A stretch of 64,000 nucleotides of DNA from assembly GCA_963755715.1 (NCBI GenBank), contig CAVWLW010000027.1, forward strand, positions 256,001 to 320,000, read 5' to 3'. Numbering within the stretch: the first letter of the stretch is position 1; every line of letters begins with the position of its first letter. The stretch comes from an uncultured delta proteobacterium (GTDB lineage: Bacteria; Desulfobacterota; Binatia; UBA9968). The notes beneath the pieces were generated by a model. That model had not been told where the DNA came from and did no database searches. It saw only the letters and a program-made list of their open reading frames with translations. Made by a program: the position numbers and the translations under genes. Positions 41,083 through 51,892 of the stretch are shown one piece after another.

Positions 41083-41171
41083 CTCGTTCTGTCGCCAGCT
41101 GTGCCGTTAGTCCGGAAAAACTGAAGTCGCCTCCAAGTGTCGCGGGGTTACGAACAGGGGCCAGTGCATGA

Positions 41172-41207
41172 GGCGGAGGAAGCCCCGTCGGTCGGGCTTC
41201 CTCCGCC
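41172..41207 (-). terminator. 14-bp hairpin downstream of the secreted-protein gene
   Basis: GGCGGAGGAAGCCC-N8-GGGCTTCCTCCGCC. Confidence 0.7.
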
Positions 41208-41217
41208 ATTCATCCGA

Positions 41218-41742
41218 CTAGTAGCTCGCGCGGGCGAACTGCTCGCTATAGGCGTGCCACGATCCGTCCGGGCTGTCCCAACAGAACTGCACGTAGACCG
41301 TGCCGGGAACGAGGGAACCATGCTGACCGTAGTCGTCCGGGGGCGGCTCGTGCGAGGAGATCTGCCACGTGCCGGTGTGCCAAGTGCCGTCGCAGGTGAA
41401 CTCGGTCGGGCCGGGGTGGCGAAACAGCCATGCGCCGTCCGGGTAGGTAAGCCCGCTGCTGCCTTCGAGTTTGAGGGCGGGATCCGGCAGGCCGCCAGCG
41501 ACCTGCTTCACCGACACGAACAGGTGCGCCGGATCGGTTGATGCCGGACACGTGTACCTGCCTGTCACATAGGCGACAGACGGGTTGGTCGGATCGATCC
41601 GGACGACGCCGATCTGGTTGGCATTTGCACCGCCACTGTGGCTGCTCGTGGGCTTGTCGGAACTGGCCAACGCGACTGACGTCGCGATGACGGCAAAGGT
41701 TGCCATCGCTACACAGACGGCGAGGAACCGCCTCTTGTTCAT
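41218..41742 (-). CDS. Hypothetical secreted protein
   Basis: MNKRRFLAV... signal peptide, AAAGGA RBS, beta-rich with several Cys. Confidence 0.7.
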   Translation of the reverse strand: MNKRRFLAVCVAMATFAVIATSVALASSDKPTSSHSGGANANQIGVVRIDPTNPSVAYVTGRYTCPASTDPAHLFVSVKQVAGGLPDPALKLEGSSGLTYPDGAWLFRHPGPTEFTCDGTWHTGTWQISSHEPPPDDYGQHGSLVPGTVYVQFCWDSPDGSWHAYSEQFARASY

Positions 41743-41883
41743 TGGATTTCCTTTCGTTGTCGCTGCGTTGCCGCTGAAGCGCGAGCATCGCACACTTTCG
41801 ATCGTCGCGCGGCACCAGCTTCCGGCCCGCATTTTTTCCCTTCAGTTCGGGGAACTTCGATAGCGGTCAGCCGCCGTAGAAGG

Positions 41884-42594
41884 ATGAGCGGGTAGAACCA
41901 GCGGCAGCGCGACCGGGCATAAGGCCGATCTCCATAGGGCTGGGGCGGCCCAAAGCAGAATGGAGCCGTATCGAAGTCGCCCACCCGTGCTTTGCCGGAC
42001 TAGGAACTCCTCACAAAGGTGTTGGGCGCTGCAAGTACCACCTTGGCAATGCCCCGAATCACATGAAGGCGGCGGTGCGGCTTCAGGCCGAGAAGGAAAT
42101 CGCCAAGACACGAGCCCAGTTCGGCGACAAGATCCCCGTCGAACCGAGCGAGGCCCTGTTGAGCGTCCTACACCTATCCGCCGGGCAGCTGGCCTGGCTC
42201 CACGCAGAGCTGGAGGAGCGGGCGGACAAGACAGGCGACTTCGAGAGCCAAGTGCTCATGCTGTGGAACGACGAGCGCGACCGCGTCGCCCGCGTCTCGG
42301 AGGCCGCGCTGCGTGCCGGGGTGCAGGAACGCGCGATCCGCCTGGCAGAGAACTACGGGCAGCAGCTGGCCGAAGTCCTGCGCGCGATCTTCTACGACGC
42401 CCGAGCTCGACATGAGCGACGAGCAACGCGAGCTTCTGCCCACGGTCCTCGGGCGGCACCTGTTCACAGCCGAGCGACAACCCACTGGATTCCTAGCCGC
42501 CGGGGAGAACGGGGCCAGCGCCGAAGACAACGGCAGCAAGCCCAAGCCCAAGGCCAAAGGAAGCGGACGCAAGCCCAAGGCGAAGGCAAAGTGA
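41884..42594 (+). CDS. Actinophage-like protein with HGGxSTG-like motif (terminase small subunit-like), frameshifted
   Basis: AGLGTPHKGVGRCKYHLGNAPNH, WNDERDRVARVSEAALRAGVQERAIRLAE; start inferred. Confidence 0.55.
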
Positions 42595-42730
42595 GGACAA
42601 GGCTGCGGCTGGCTATCGGCGTGCCAGGCGCAGATGGGGTGAGGCATGGTCGCTGCGCACAGGGTGGTCTCAGGTGGAATGTTCACCCGAGAAGGACTTG
42701 AGTAGCAGGGTTTGCAGGACGACCGCCGCA

Positions 42731-42766
42731 CTGTCACGCCGGAGGTTCGAGGTCCCGTCGCTCCCG
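42731..42766 (+). repeat. Third, inverted and internally deleted copy of the tRNA-Asp 3' end
   Basis: CTGTCACGCCGGAGG-TTCGAGGTCCCGTCGCTCCCG vs tRNA CTGTCACGCCGGAGGTCGCGGGTTCGAGTCCCGTCGCTCCCG. Confidence 0.8.
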
Positions 42767-42825
42767 TCTCTATTTGCAGGGATTTCCTCGGAGCTGTGGC
42801 GTCGGCGCGGACCTTCGCCACACTG

Positions 42826-42891
42826 GATCCCCCCACGCGCGGCGCGCACGAGCTCCTTGGCTTGCTTGCGAAGCTGCTCGAGATTCACCAC
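42826..42891 (-). pseudogene. N-terminal fragment (NLEQLRKQAKELVRAARGG) of an ankyrin/VOC-associated protein family
   Basis: GGAGGAGG RBS; recognisable motif, then loss of similarity. Confidence 0.5.
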
Positions 42892-43061
42892 GACCTCCTC
42901 CCACGAAGAGCCCGCGGTCCGCGGCGCCGGGCGGGAAGAAGATCGTCTGGTGCTGCAGGTCGCTACTTACCATCCGTGTAGTGGTGCTCGTTTGGCCGTG
43001 TCGCGGAGCCGCCGCTTCGTCGCGCTTTGCAGACTCGTGCGACCTTGGTGCGACCTGCGGC

Positions 43062-43746
43062 CTATCGCCCGAATCTGGGAGCGTCGCTGAGTGCCGATGG
43101 TGTCTGGCACCCGACGATCGCGGGTGCCTCGTGGATCAGGTCGTTGTTCGTGAGCGCTTCGACCATGAACAGGGCAAAGTCTGTGCGGCGGGTGATGTTG
43201 CTCTCGAGGATCGGATCGCCCACATGCCGACTCCAGACGGGAAGGCCTTGGCTCTCGCCTTCCTCGAGGTCGCTGCCGCGTACGACCGTCCAGAGTGTGT
43301 CGCTGGCGAATATGCGCCGCGTCGCCTCGACCTGGTCGTCGATGTCGACGACACGGGCGGTGCGTGCGGCCCAGGCCAGTGCCCTGTCTTTCAGCGTCCA
43401 GCGGAAGACGTCCTGGCCGTCACGTGTGATGTGCCAGCCACACGAGAACACCAGACGAGCTCCGGTCGGAGCGGAATCGAGCACCGCCTGGGCCGTTCCG
43501 GACGCATAGTGGTGCATCCCCCACGGGACGAGCACGACCAGCACCCCGTCGCAGCCGGCGACCGCACGTCTGATCACCTCGGCGTCGTCGGTTGCCCGGC
43601 ACGACCATGATCCGCCCCTTGTAGCGGTCGAGCTTCGCGACGCTCTTCTCGCGGCAGACGCCGACGACGTCGTAGCCTCGGTCGAGCGCGTGCTGAACCA
43701 TGTACTGGCCCAGCTTCCCGGAAACCCCAACGACGCAGACCTTCAT
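43062..43746 (-). CDS. NAD(P)H-binding protein (flavin reductase/BVR-B-like), frameshift near 43590
   Basis: VVGVSGKLG, ALDRGYDV, WTVVRGSDL, TRRTDFALFM. Confidence 0.82.
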
Positions 43747-43954
43747 TCCGCGAAGGGTTGCATGCGTGACAAATCGCTGGCAACCGCCCCGGCGACGAAC
43801 AGCCCGATCGAACCCGTCAACCGCCAGGAAAGCCCTGCTGTCAGCCGGTGATTCCGGGTCGTAGCCGGTTGTAGCCGGTTGCGCCGTGCCGGCGTGTCAC
43901 GCCGGACTGGAGCGGCAGCGACGAACCGGGCGTTGATTCTGCCTGCCGGATCGG

Positions 43955-44242
43955 TTAGGCGGCGGGCGCCCGGTAACGGTTCTGTGCGGCCCGCGACGAG
44001 TAGGTGAGTAGATCCAGCAGGATGCCGACGGCGACGACGAACCAACCAACGCCGGAAACGCCATGCACCGGCCCCCATGCGAGCGTGTACATCAGCGCGG
44101 TCCAGGGCGCGAAGATGATCCCCAACACGGGCCAGATCGTCGACGAGAAGGCCGCATTGACCCGGTCCGTGTCGAAGATCCAGAGAAGGAAGAACGCGAA
44201 GCGCGGGCCGATGAAGGCCATTACGAGACCCAGGCAGCACAC
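43955..44242 (-). CDS. Small membrane protein (3 TM)
   Basis: GPR...W, LGIIFAPWT.L.Y, GW..V..G.LLD pattern. Confidence 0.7.
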   Translation of the reverse strand: MCCLGLVMAFIGPRFAFFLLWIFDTDRVNAAFSSTIWPVLGIIFAPWTALMYTLAWGPVHGVSGVGWFVVAVGILLDLLTYSSRAAQNRYRAPAA

Positions 44243-44676
44243 AGGAAAGGCAGATTCTGCTAGGGCGGCGCGGCGGTGTCAAACATTCGACGAGCACCCG
44301 CACCCCTTGTGAGGCATCGCCGGAGCAGTTGAAATGCGTTTTTCCGGCGCTCCCCCAGTCCTCGCGGGTCATCTCGTAACCGACCTCGCCCTCCTCGGCG
44401 CCCTCCACGTCGGTCATGGAGCCATGGCCGCTTCTGTCGTCGATCGTGGTCGGCGGCGCCATCGAGACGTCTTATCTCCTGCCTCTCGTCGCGTGCCACG
44501 CGTCGCCCCGACGGAATTCCCCCTTGCAGCGCCCTTGTGGACTGTCAAAACCCTTGCTTCGCCCTTGTCAATAAGGGCAAGCGCGCCGGTACGCGCTCGT
44601 CCGTGCCGGTACGCGCAAGACGTCAATTAGGCCGATTTTCGGGGAGTTTCGCCCGTTTCGGCTTGCCTAGCGGGAA

Positions 44677-44750
<74 letters not shown>

Positions 44751-44795
44751 GAGCGCTGCAAGTGTATCGACGGCCCCTGGGAGTAGCCTGGCCTC

Positions 44796-45929
44796 GTGAA
44801 CCTGTTCGACTGGATCGCGATCGCGCTCGTCGCGCTGCTCGCGATCGCCGGCTACTTCCGCGGCCTGCTCACCGCCGCGCTCTCGCTCGCCGGAATCGTC
44901 GGAGGGGCGCTGCTCGGCGCGCGGCTCGCGCCCTACTTCCTGTCCGGCGGGAGCACCTCTCGCTACGCGACGCTCTTCGCCCTCGGCGGCGCGGTCTTCT
45001 GCGCGATCGTGCTCGAGGCGGTCGGCAGCTACCTCGGCTCGAGGATGCGCTCCTCGATGCGACTCAAGCCGTTGCGCGCAGTCGACTCGGCCGGCGGCCT
45101 CCTGATCGGAGCGGCGACGGGCCTCGCGGTCGTCTGGGTGCTCGGCACCGTGGTGCTGCTCATCCCGGGCCAGACGAACCTCCGCCGCAACGCCCAGCGC
45201 TCGGTGATCGTTCGCCAGCTCAACGACCTGCTGCCGCCGTCGACCGTCCTCCACGCGCTCGCGCGCATCGACCCGCTGCTCGCGATCGAAGGCCCGCTCG
45301 CCATCGGCCCGCCGCCGAACCCCGCCGTCCTGAACCGGCCCGGTGTCCGCGAGGCGGCGCCGAGCGTCGTAAGGGTGCTCGGAAACGCCTGCGGGCTCGG
45401 AATCGCGGGTACCGGCTGGGTCGCGCGACGTGGGCTCGTCGTGACCGCGGCGCACGTCGTCGCCGGAGAGGAGGCGACCACCGTCGAAGCTCCCGGCGGC
45501 CTCCCGCTCGACGCCGAGGCGGTCGCCTTCGACTCGAGGAACGACGTCGCCGTGCTTCGCGTGCCCGGGCTTCAGGCGCGCCCGCTTCGGCTCGTCGACC
45601 CGAGACCGGAGACCCCGGTCGCGCTCCTCGGCTATCCCGGCAACGGCGCCTTCGCCGCCGAGCCGGGCCGCATCGGCGAGACCGCGCGGATCAGCACTGA
45701 CGACGCGTACGGACGCGGCCCCGTCTCGCGCCGGATCACGAGCCTGCGCGGGAAGATCGAGCACGGTGACTCCGGCGGCCCGGCCGTCGACGCGCAGGGT
45801 GCCGTCCAGGCCACGATGTTCGCGGCACGCGTCGGCGCGGCGGGCGGCTACGGCATCCCGGCCGATGTCGTCCGGCACGCGCTCACACATGCGCGCCGGC
45901 GCGTCTCGACCGGCCCGTGTGCACGCTGA
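44796..45929 (+). CDS. marP: MarP-family membrane serine protease (CvpA TM + trypsin domain)
   Basis: 4 TM N-terminus; VTAAHVV, NDVAVL, GDSGGP. Confidence 0.9.
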   Translation: MNLFDWIAIALVALLAIAGYFRGLLTAALSLAGIVGGALLGARLAPYFLSGGSTSRYATLFALGGAVFCAIVLEAVGSYLGSRMRSSMRLKPLRAVDSAGGLLIGAATGLAVVWVLGTVVLLIPGQTNLRRNAQRSVIVRQLNDLLPPSTVLHALARIDPLLAIEGPLAIGPPPNPAVLNRPGVREAAPSVVRVLGNACGLGIAGTGWVARRGLVVTAAHVVAGEEATTVEAPGGLPLDAEAVAFDSRNDVAVLRVPGLQARPLRLVDPRPETPVALLGYPGNGAFAAEPGRIGETARISTDDAYGRGPVSRRITSLRGKIEHGDSGGPAVDAQGAVQATMFAARVGAAGGYGIPADVVRHALTHARRRVSTGPCAR

Positions 45930-46000
45930 GGCCGGATCCGCGCTTTCGCGGATGACGTCCCGTCGCGCCCGTGGTCTGCTTGCGGTGAAAGGAGGCAGAG

Positions 46001-46460
46001 ATGAGAGCGACAGTGATCTGCGAGTCGTCGTTCGGCAACACGCGCGCGATCGCGGAGGCAATCGCCGAGACGCTCGACGCCGAGGTGCTTTCTGCCGGGC
46101 GACCCGATCGAGCTGGAGGAGGTCGACCTGCTGGTCGTCGGAGCGCCGACCCACGTGCACGGGATTCCGGGCGAGCGCAGCCGCAAGGCAGCGGTCGACC
46201 AGGGAGGCAGCGATGGGCCCGGCGTGCGCGACTGGCTGGACGATCTCCCGCACGGGCAGAGCCGCGCCGCGGCGTTCGACACGCGCTTCGACAAGCCGGC
46301 ATTCCTGACCGGGTCGGCCGCGAAGGGCATTGCCAAACGGCTGCGGCGACGCGGCTTCGAGCTGGTCGCCGAGCCGGAGAGCTTCTTCGTGCTCGGCACC
46401 GAGGGCCCGCTGAAGGACGGCGAGCTCGAGCGCGCGGCCGAGTGGGCCGTAGCGCTACGC
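46001..46460 (+). CDS. Flavodoxin domain protein (frameshifted, end uncertain)
   Basis: ESSFGNTRAIAEAI, VVGAPTH, AAFDTR, GPLKDGELERA. Confidence 0.8.
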
Positions 46461-48262
46461 AATCAGGTTCAGGATGTTGAGCGGCTGGCGGTAGGGAGCC
46501 ACGAGGTAGACGCCGCGCCGCGCGCTCCTTGGCGGCCGCGTACAGCTCCTTCGCGGCCGCCATCCCGACCTCGGCCGCGTTCGGCCCCGCGTCGCGCGAG
46601 CGCGTTCCTGCAGCGCCTCGGGGACGACGATCCCCGGCAGCTCGTTGTGGAGCCGCAGCGCGAGGCGGTAGCTCGCAGAGCGGGAAGACGCCGACCAGCA
46701 CCGGGATCGGCGAGGTGCCGCCGAGCCGTCGAAGAAGCGGTCGAGATGGTCGAGGTCGAAGACGATCTGCGTCATCGCGAAGCGGCGCCTGCCTCGACCT
46801 TCTGCCGGAAGCGCTCGAGCTCGAGGTCGAGGTCGTCCGCGGTCGGGTTGACGGCGACGCCGATGAAGAACGACGTCGGCGCGTCGATCGGCCGGCCGTT
46901 GTAGTCCTCGCCGCGGTTCAGCTGGGACATGAGCCGGTGAGCCCGATCGCGTCGATCTCGTAGACGCCGCTGCGAGCCCGGGTAGTCGCCGACCTCCGGC
47001 GGGTCGCCGGTGACCGCGAGCACGTTGCGGACGCCCTCGGCGTGCGCGCCGAGCAGGATCGCCTCGAGGCCCATGATCGTCGTAGTCGCGCGTCGTCAGG
47101 TGCGGGATCGTCTCGATCCCGCCTCGCGCTCGATCGCGGCGGAGACCATCATCGCGCTCATGCCTGCGCGCGCGCCGTCGCGTTGTCGTTGATGTCGACG
47201 AAGCCGACCATGCCGGACGTCCTTGCAGCGCCGCGACAGCTCGACGAGGCCGCCGATGTCGCCGCCGAGCGGCGGATCGAGCTGGATGGAGACGACCCAC
47301 TCGCCCTCGCGCAGCGCGCGGGCGAGCCGGGTCTCCCGCTGCTCCTCGCCGAGCGAGACGACGAGCTCGCGCTCGTCGAAGTCGAGCGCGCGCGCGCGGC
47401 TTGCGCTCCTCGTCGACCGCGCGAGCGGATCGCGGCGATCTCGGTCGGCGTCGTCCCGCAGCAGCCGCCGATCGATCCGCGCGCCGAGCTCGCGCGCGTG
47501 GGCGGCGAACTCGGCGAAGTACTCGGGCGTGGCGTGCGGGTAGATGACGCGGCCGCCGGCGAGGCTCGCGAGGCCGATGTTCGGCAGAGCCGCGAGCGGC
47601 TGCCCGTCGCCGGCCATCTCCTCGAGCGCGGCGAGCGCCGCCTGCAGGCCGGCGCCGTGGTTCGCGCCATCGCGGCGACGTCGAGCTCGCCAGGCGCTCG
47701 CCGCCTCGCGCGGCCTTCACCCGCGCGAGCGTCTCGGCGTCCTCGTCGAAGGTCATCAGCGCGACGATCGGGAGGAGCGGACACGCTGCGCACGGCCTCG
47801 ATCGCGCGCACGAGCTCGTCCAGGTCGTAGAACGTCTCGACCATGAACAGGTCGACGCCGCGACCCTCGAGCACGGCGCCTGCTCGGCGAGAGCTCGCGC
47901 CGCACGCGCCGCGTCGCCGGCTTCGCCGAGCGGGCCGATCGAGCCGGCGATGAAAACGTCCCGTCCGGTGACCTCCCGCGCGTCCCGGGCGAGCTTCACG
48001 CCGGTCGAGTCGATCGGCTCGAAGTCGTCTCGAGGAAGTGGCGCGCGAGCTTGCGCCGGTTCGCGCCGAACGTGTTCGTCTGGATCAGCTCCGCGCCGGC
48101 GCTGATGAAGCCGAGATGGAGCGAGACGACCGTGTCGGGTGCGCGCAGGTTCGCCTCCTCCGGGCAGCGCAGGCGCCGACCGCGCTCGAGAGAGCGCGCC
48201 CATGCCGCCGTCGGCGACGACGGTAGGCCCGTTCTCCATTCGCTCCAAAATCTGCTTGCCAA
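46455..48262 (-). CDS. yitJ: Bifunctional homocysteine S-methyltransferase / methylenetetrahydrofolate reductase (YitJ-like; many frameshifts)
   Basis: VADGGMG, TNTFGAN, AGSIGP, ETFYD, IGGCCGTTP, LDPP, IPHLTTRD, AVTGDPP, MTQ, HNELPGI across frames. Confidence 0.85.
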
Positions 48263-48289
48263 CGAACTCCTTTCCTCCCGCGCTCGGCT

Positions 48290-48408
48290 CGCTAGCCGTT
48301 GCGCCCGTTAGCCGAAGGCCGGCGGGGCCGCATCGTCTTTGCCACCTTGCGACTAGGCAGGTTGGCGGGCGAGCCGGGCGCGGGCCCTCTCGACCTCTCT
48401 TGATGCGG
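48290..48408 (-). ncRNA. SAM-I/IV-like riboswitch
   Basis: P1 CCGCAUC/GAUGCGG encloses AAGAG, GAGAGGG, GCCAACC...GGUGGC; no P4; 3' hairpins follow; directly upstream of the yitJ-like gene. Confidence 0.75.
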
Positions 48409-48427
48409 GACGGATCCTAGCGGGTTA

Positions 48428-49494
48428 GTGTCGCGGCCGGCCGTGGAATCCGTTCAAGATCGGAAAGCTCGAGGCTGTCGTCGCCACCGGTGTTCCGGGC
48501 GCGGTGGTCGTCGCGGTGAGGCCGGACCAGCGAATCGAGGCAGCGGCGGGGATTGCCAACGTACAGACCGGGGAGGCCCTGGCACCGGGCCACCGTTTCC
48601 GCATCGGAAGCGTGACGAAGATCTTCGTGGCGTCCCTCGTCCTCCGGCTCGTCGCGGACGGGCTGCTCGAGCTTGACGGGGAGGCGGCGCCTTTGTCGAG
48701 GGCGTCACGATCCGCCAGCTCCTGAATCACACGAGCGGTCTCGACGATTTCAACGGCGACATGGTGGTGTTCTTCGAGCCGTATCGGCGGGATCCCGGCC
48801 CATCGCTGGGAGCTCGCGCCGCGCGACGAGCTTCAGCTGGTCCTGGAGAAGCCGCGCTGTTCCCACCCGGCGAGGGCTGGGCGTACCACGGCAGCAACTA
48901 CATCGTGCTCAGGCTCGTCGTCGAGGAGGCGACGGGCATGGGGCTGCGCGACGCGCTCCGGCAACGCGTCTTCGGGCCGCTGGGTCTGAGCAGACCGATC
49001 TGGTGGAACGTCCGCTGCGTGGCGCGTGCGCGCATGGCTACCTGGCGTCGGACAACCCGATCTTGCCCGGCGGGCCGGGGGCCTGTCGATGTCACCGAGC
49101 TCGACCTTCCGTTCTACCGCGCCGGAGGCGGCATCGTTTCGACCGCCGGCGACGTCGTCACGATGCTCGGCGCCCAACTCCGAGGCGAGCTGCTTCCCGC
49201 CGACCTCCGCCGGGAGATGCTCGACCGCCGTCGAGTCCGACTGGGAGAGAACGGACCGCTACGGATGGGGCATCGGCGAGATCACGGGCGTCTGAGGAGA
49301 CGGGCGGCGTTCGCCGTGCGGACTGCCTGGGGACATCTCGGCTTCTCCCTCGGATATATGGCGTCGCGCTGTCGAGCGAGGACGGCGAACGGCAAGTCGT
49401 GGTCTGCACCAACTGGTCATTCACCACGGAGGAGACCGAAAAGGCGTTCTTCGACGCGGCCGGCCGTCTCATGTGGCGCCTGTACTGCATGTAA
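48428..49494 (+). CDS. Serine hydrolase (beta-lactamase/D-Ala-D-Ala carboxypeptidase family), frameshifted
   Basis: FRIGSVTK (SxxK), LLNHTSG, WAYHGSNY, WGHLG. Confidence 0.8.
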
Positions 49495-49551
49495 CGGCCC
49501 CGTTACAGAAACGTGTGACGTTTGCCGCGCCGGTGGCGTATACAGGGCTGA

Positions 49552-50076
49552 GTGAACGCAACGACCTGGGCCGACCGCAGCATGCGGGCGCGGAGCGCGA
49601 GAGCTTCGCCACCGCGGCTGAAGCCCACCTCGACGACGTCTACGCCTACCTCCTCTACCTGACCGGAGACCCGACCGTGGCCGAAGACCTGACCGGAGAG
49701 ACGTTCGAGAAGGCGCTGCGCAAATGGCGTCGCTACGACCCGCGCCGCGGCTCGACCAAGACGTGGCTCTGCCAGGTGGCGCGCTCGACCGCGCTCGACC
49801 ACCTCCGCTCGGAGCGGCGGCGCCGGCGGCGGGAGGAGGTCGCCGCGCCGCCGAGCGGCAGGAGCAGGCGTTCGCTCGGGACTTTCCCCCGAGCTCGAGC
49901 AAGCCGTGCTGGCGCTGTCCGCCGCCGAGCGCGAGGTGATCGCGCTGCGCGTGATCCTCGACCTCGACGGCAAGAGCGCCGCGCGCCTGCTCGGGATCAG
50001 CCCCACCGCATGTTCCACCCGATTGAGCCGTGCCCTGAAGAAGCTGGAGGAGATGGTGACCGATGTCGAGCGTTGA
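49552..50076 (+). CDS. ECF RNA polymerase sigma factor (frameshifted)
   Basis: AEDLTGETF.KA, TWLCQVAR..ALD, LSAAEREVIALR, RLSRAL. Confidence 0.85.
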
Positions 50077-51132
50077 CCTGACGAACGAGCTGCGCCTGGC
50101 CAAGCCGCGCGCTCCCGAGCAGCTGCGCGAGCGCGTCCTGGCGCTAAGCGAGCGGCCGGTGCGCGAGCCGCGCTTCAGCTTCTCGCTGCCGTCCCGGTAC
50201 ACGGTGCGCCGCGTCGCGTTTGTCGCGGCTCCCGCGATCGTCGCAGTCGCGCTCGGGCGGCGCCGCTATCCACGGGATCGCAACTCGGGGGCGGCCAAGC
50301 TGCGGTTGGTCGCGCCGGGCCCGCCAGCTAAGCCAGGACGCCCCGCTACTTGAGGCGGCAACGTCAGAGCCGGCGGAAGTCGACATCGGGGAGTGCATTC
50401 AGCTCGAGAAGACTTGAGGCTCACCGGCGCCAACGTTCCGACTGCGACACGGACCTAGGAACCGGCTCCAGCAGTACCAGGCGGCGATGGTCGTCCGGGT
50501 CGAGGGCTTGACGAGCTTTCACCCTCGACCCAGAAGGCGATGCGGATCACGCGCGCCCTCGGCGGCTAGCGTCGTCTCCCGGCACGTTCAGATCCGCCGG
50601 AGGAGGGCACGTCTGCCCTGGTCGTCAAGATCCCGGTCGGCGCGTCCAGCAGGCGATAGCGAAGTTCTCGGCGCTGGGAACGATCGCTGCGCAGAACATC
50701 CGGATCACCGATCTCAGGCGCGTTCAACCAGCTCGTAAGCGGATCGGGGCGCTGCGCGTCGCGATCGCGAAGGTGGACGACAGGCTCGCCGACACGTCGG
50801 CTCTCGAACGAGGAGCGGGTGCGCCTGGAGCAGCGGCGCGCACGGCTCGCGGCACGCTGGAGGCACTGAGGACGAGCAAGGCCCGCACGCGCACCGCGCC
50901 GCGCTCGCCACCGTCTCGCTCGGCCTCACCACGAAGGAGGCCGCCGCGGTCGTCAAGCCGGAGCATCGCGGCCCGCTCGGCGCGCCCTCCACGACGCCGG
51001 CAACATCCTCGCGAAGGAGGCGTCCTGGGCCCTTACGCGCTGATCGTCCTCGGCCCGATCTCTCTCGTCGCGCTGCTCGCGTGCCTGCTTGATTCGGGGC
51101 GGGCGTCGCCTCTCCGACCGCCGCCTGCTTGA
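50063..51132 (+). CDS. Putative anti-sigma factor / DUF4349-like membrane protein (heavily frameshifted)
   Basis: Overlaps sigma stop; AP..LRERV, TM segment, ..ITDL.., ATVSLGL, C-terminal TM. Confidence 0.55.
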
Positions 51133-51138
51133 ATCTTC

Positions 51139-51892
51139 ATGAATGCGTTGACAGTACTCGGCACGAGTCGGCGGATACCCGCCCCCGGTTCCGCCTGCTC
51201 GGGCTACCTCGTCGAGGAGGATGACACCCGCGTCTGGATCGACGCCGGCTCGGGCACATTCCCGCGCCTGCTCGAGCATTGCGCGCCGAACGAGCTGACG
51301 GCGATCCTCATCAGCCACCTGCACGCCGACCACTGGACGACCTCGTCGCTCGGCCTCCACGCCTGCGGTTCGCCTTCGAGCGCGAGCGGCCGCTGCCGGT
51401 CTACGGCCCGGCGGGCTGGATGGAGGCGATGGGCGTCGTCGCCGAGTGGGCGGTCGAGGACGAGGCCGGCTTTGGAGGCCCACGAAGTCCGCGCGAAGGG
51501 GGAGACGATCAGCGTCGGGCCGCTGAAGATCATTCGCGATCCCGGTCGAGCACACCCCGGATCTCGACACGTACGGGTTCCGCATCGTCAACGGCGACTG
51601 CTCGATGGCGTACTCGGCGGACTCCGGGCCCATGCAGAGGCGCTCGTAGAGCTCGCGCGCGGCGTCGATCTGTTCGTCTGCGAGGCGGGCTCGCCCGGCG
51701 AGCAGGAGATGACGATGCACCTGAACGGGCGGCAGGCCGGCGAGGTCGCAGCTCGGGCGGGCGCGGAGAGGTTGCTCGTCACGCCATCTGGCGCCGGGAA
51801 TAGCTTGTCGCGGTCGACACGCTCGCGCACGCGCGCTCAGGGTTCGGAGGTCGGTCGAGCTCGCCGCCGAAGGCCTGACGATCGAGCTCTAG
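51139..51892 (+). CDS. MBL-fold metallohydrolase (RNase Z-like), frameshifted
   Basis: LTVLG, ACSGYL, DAGSG, SHLHADH, AYSADSG, LFVCEA. Confidence 0.85.
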
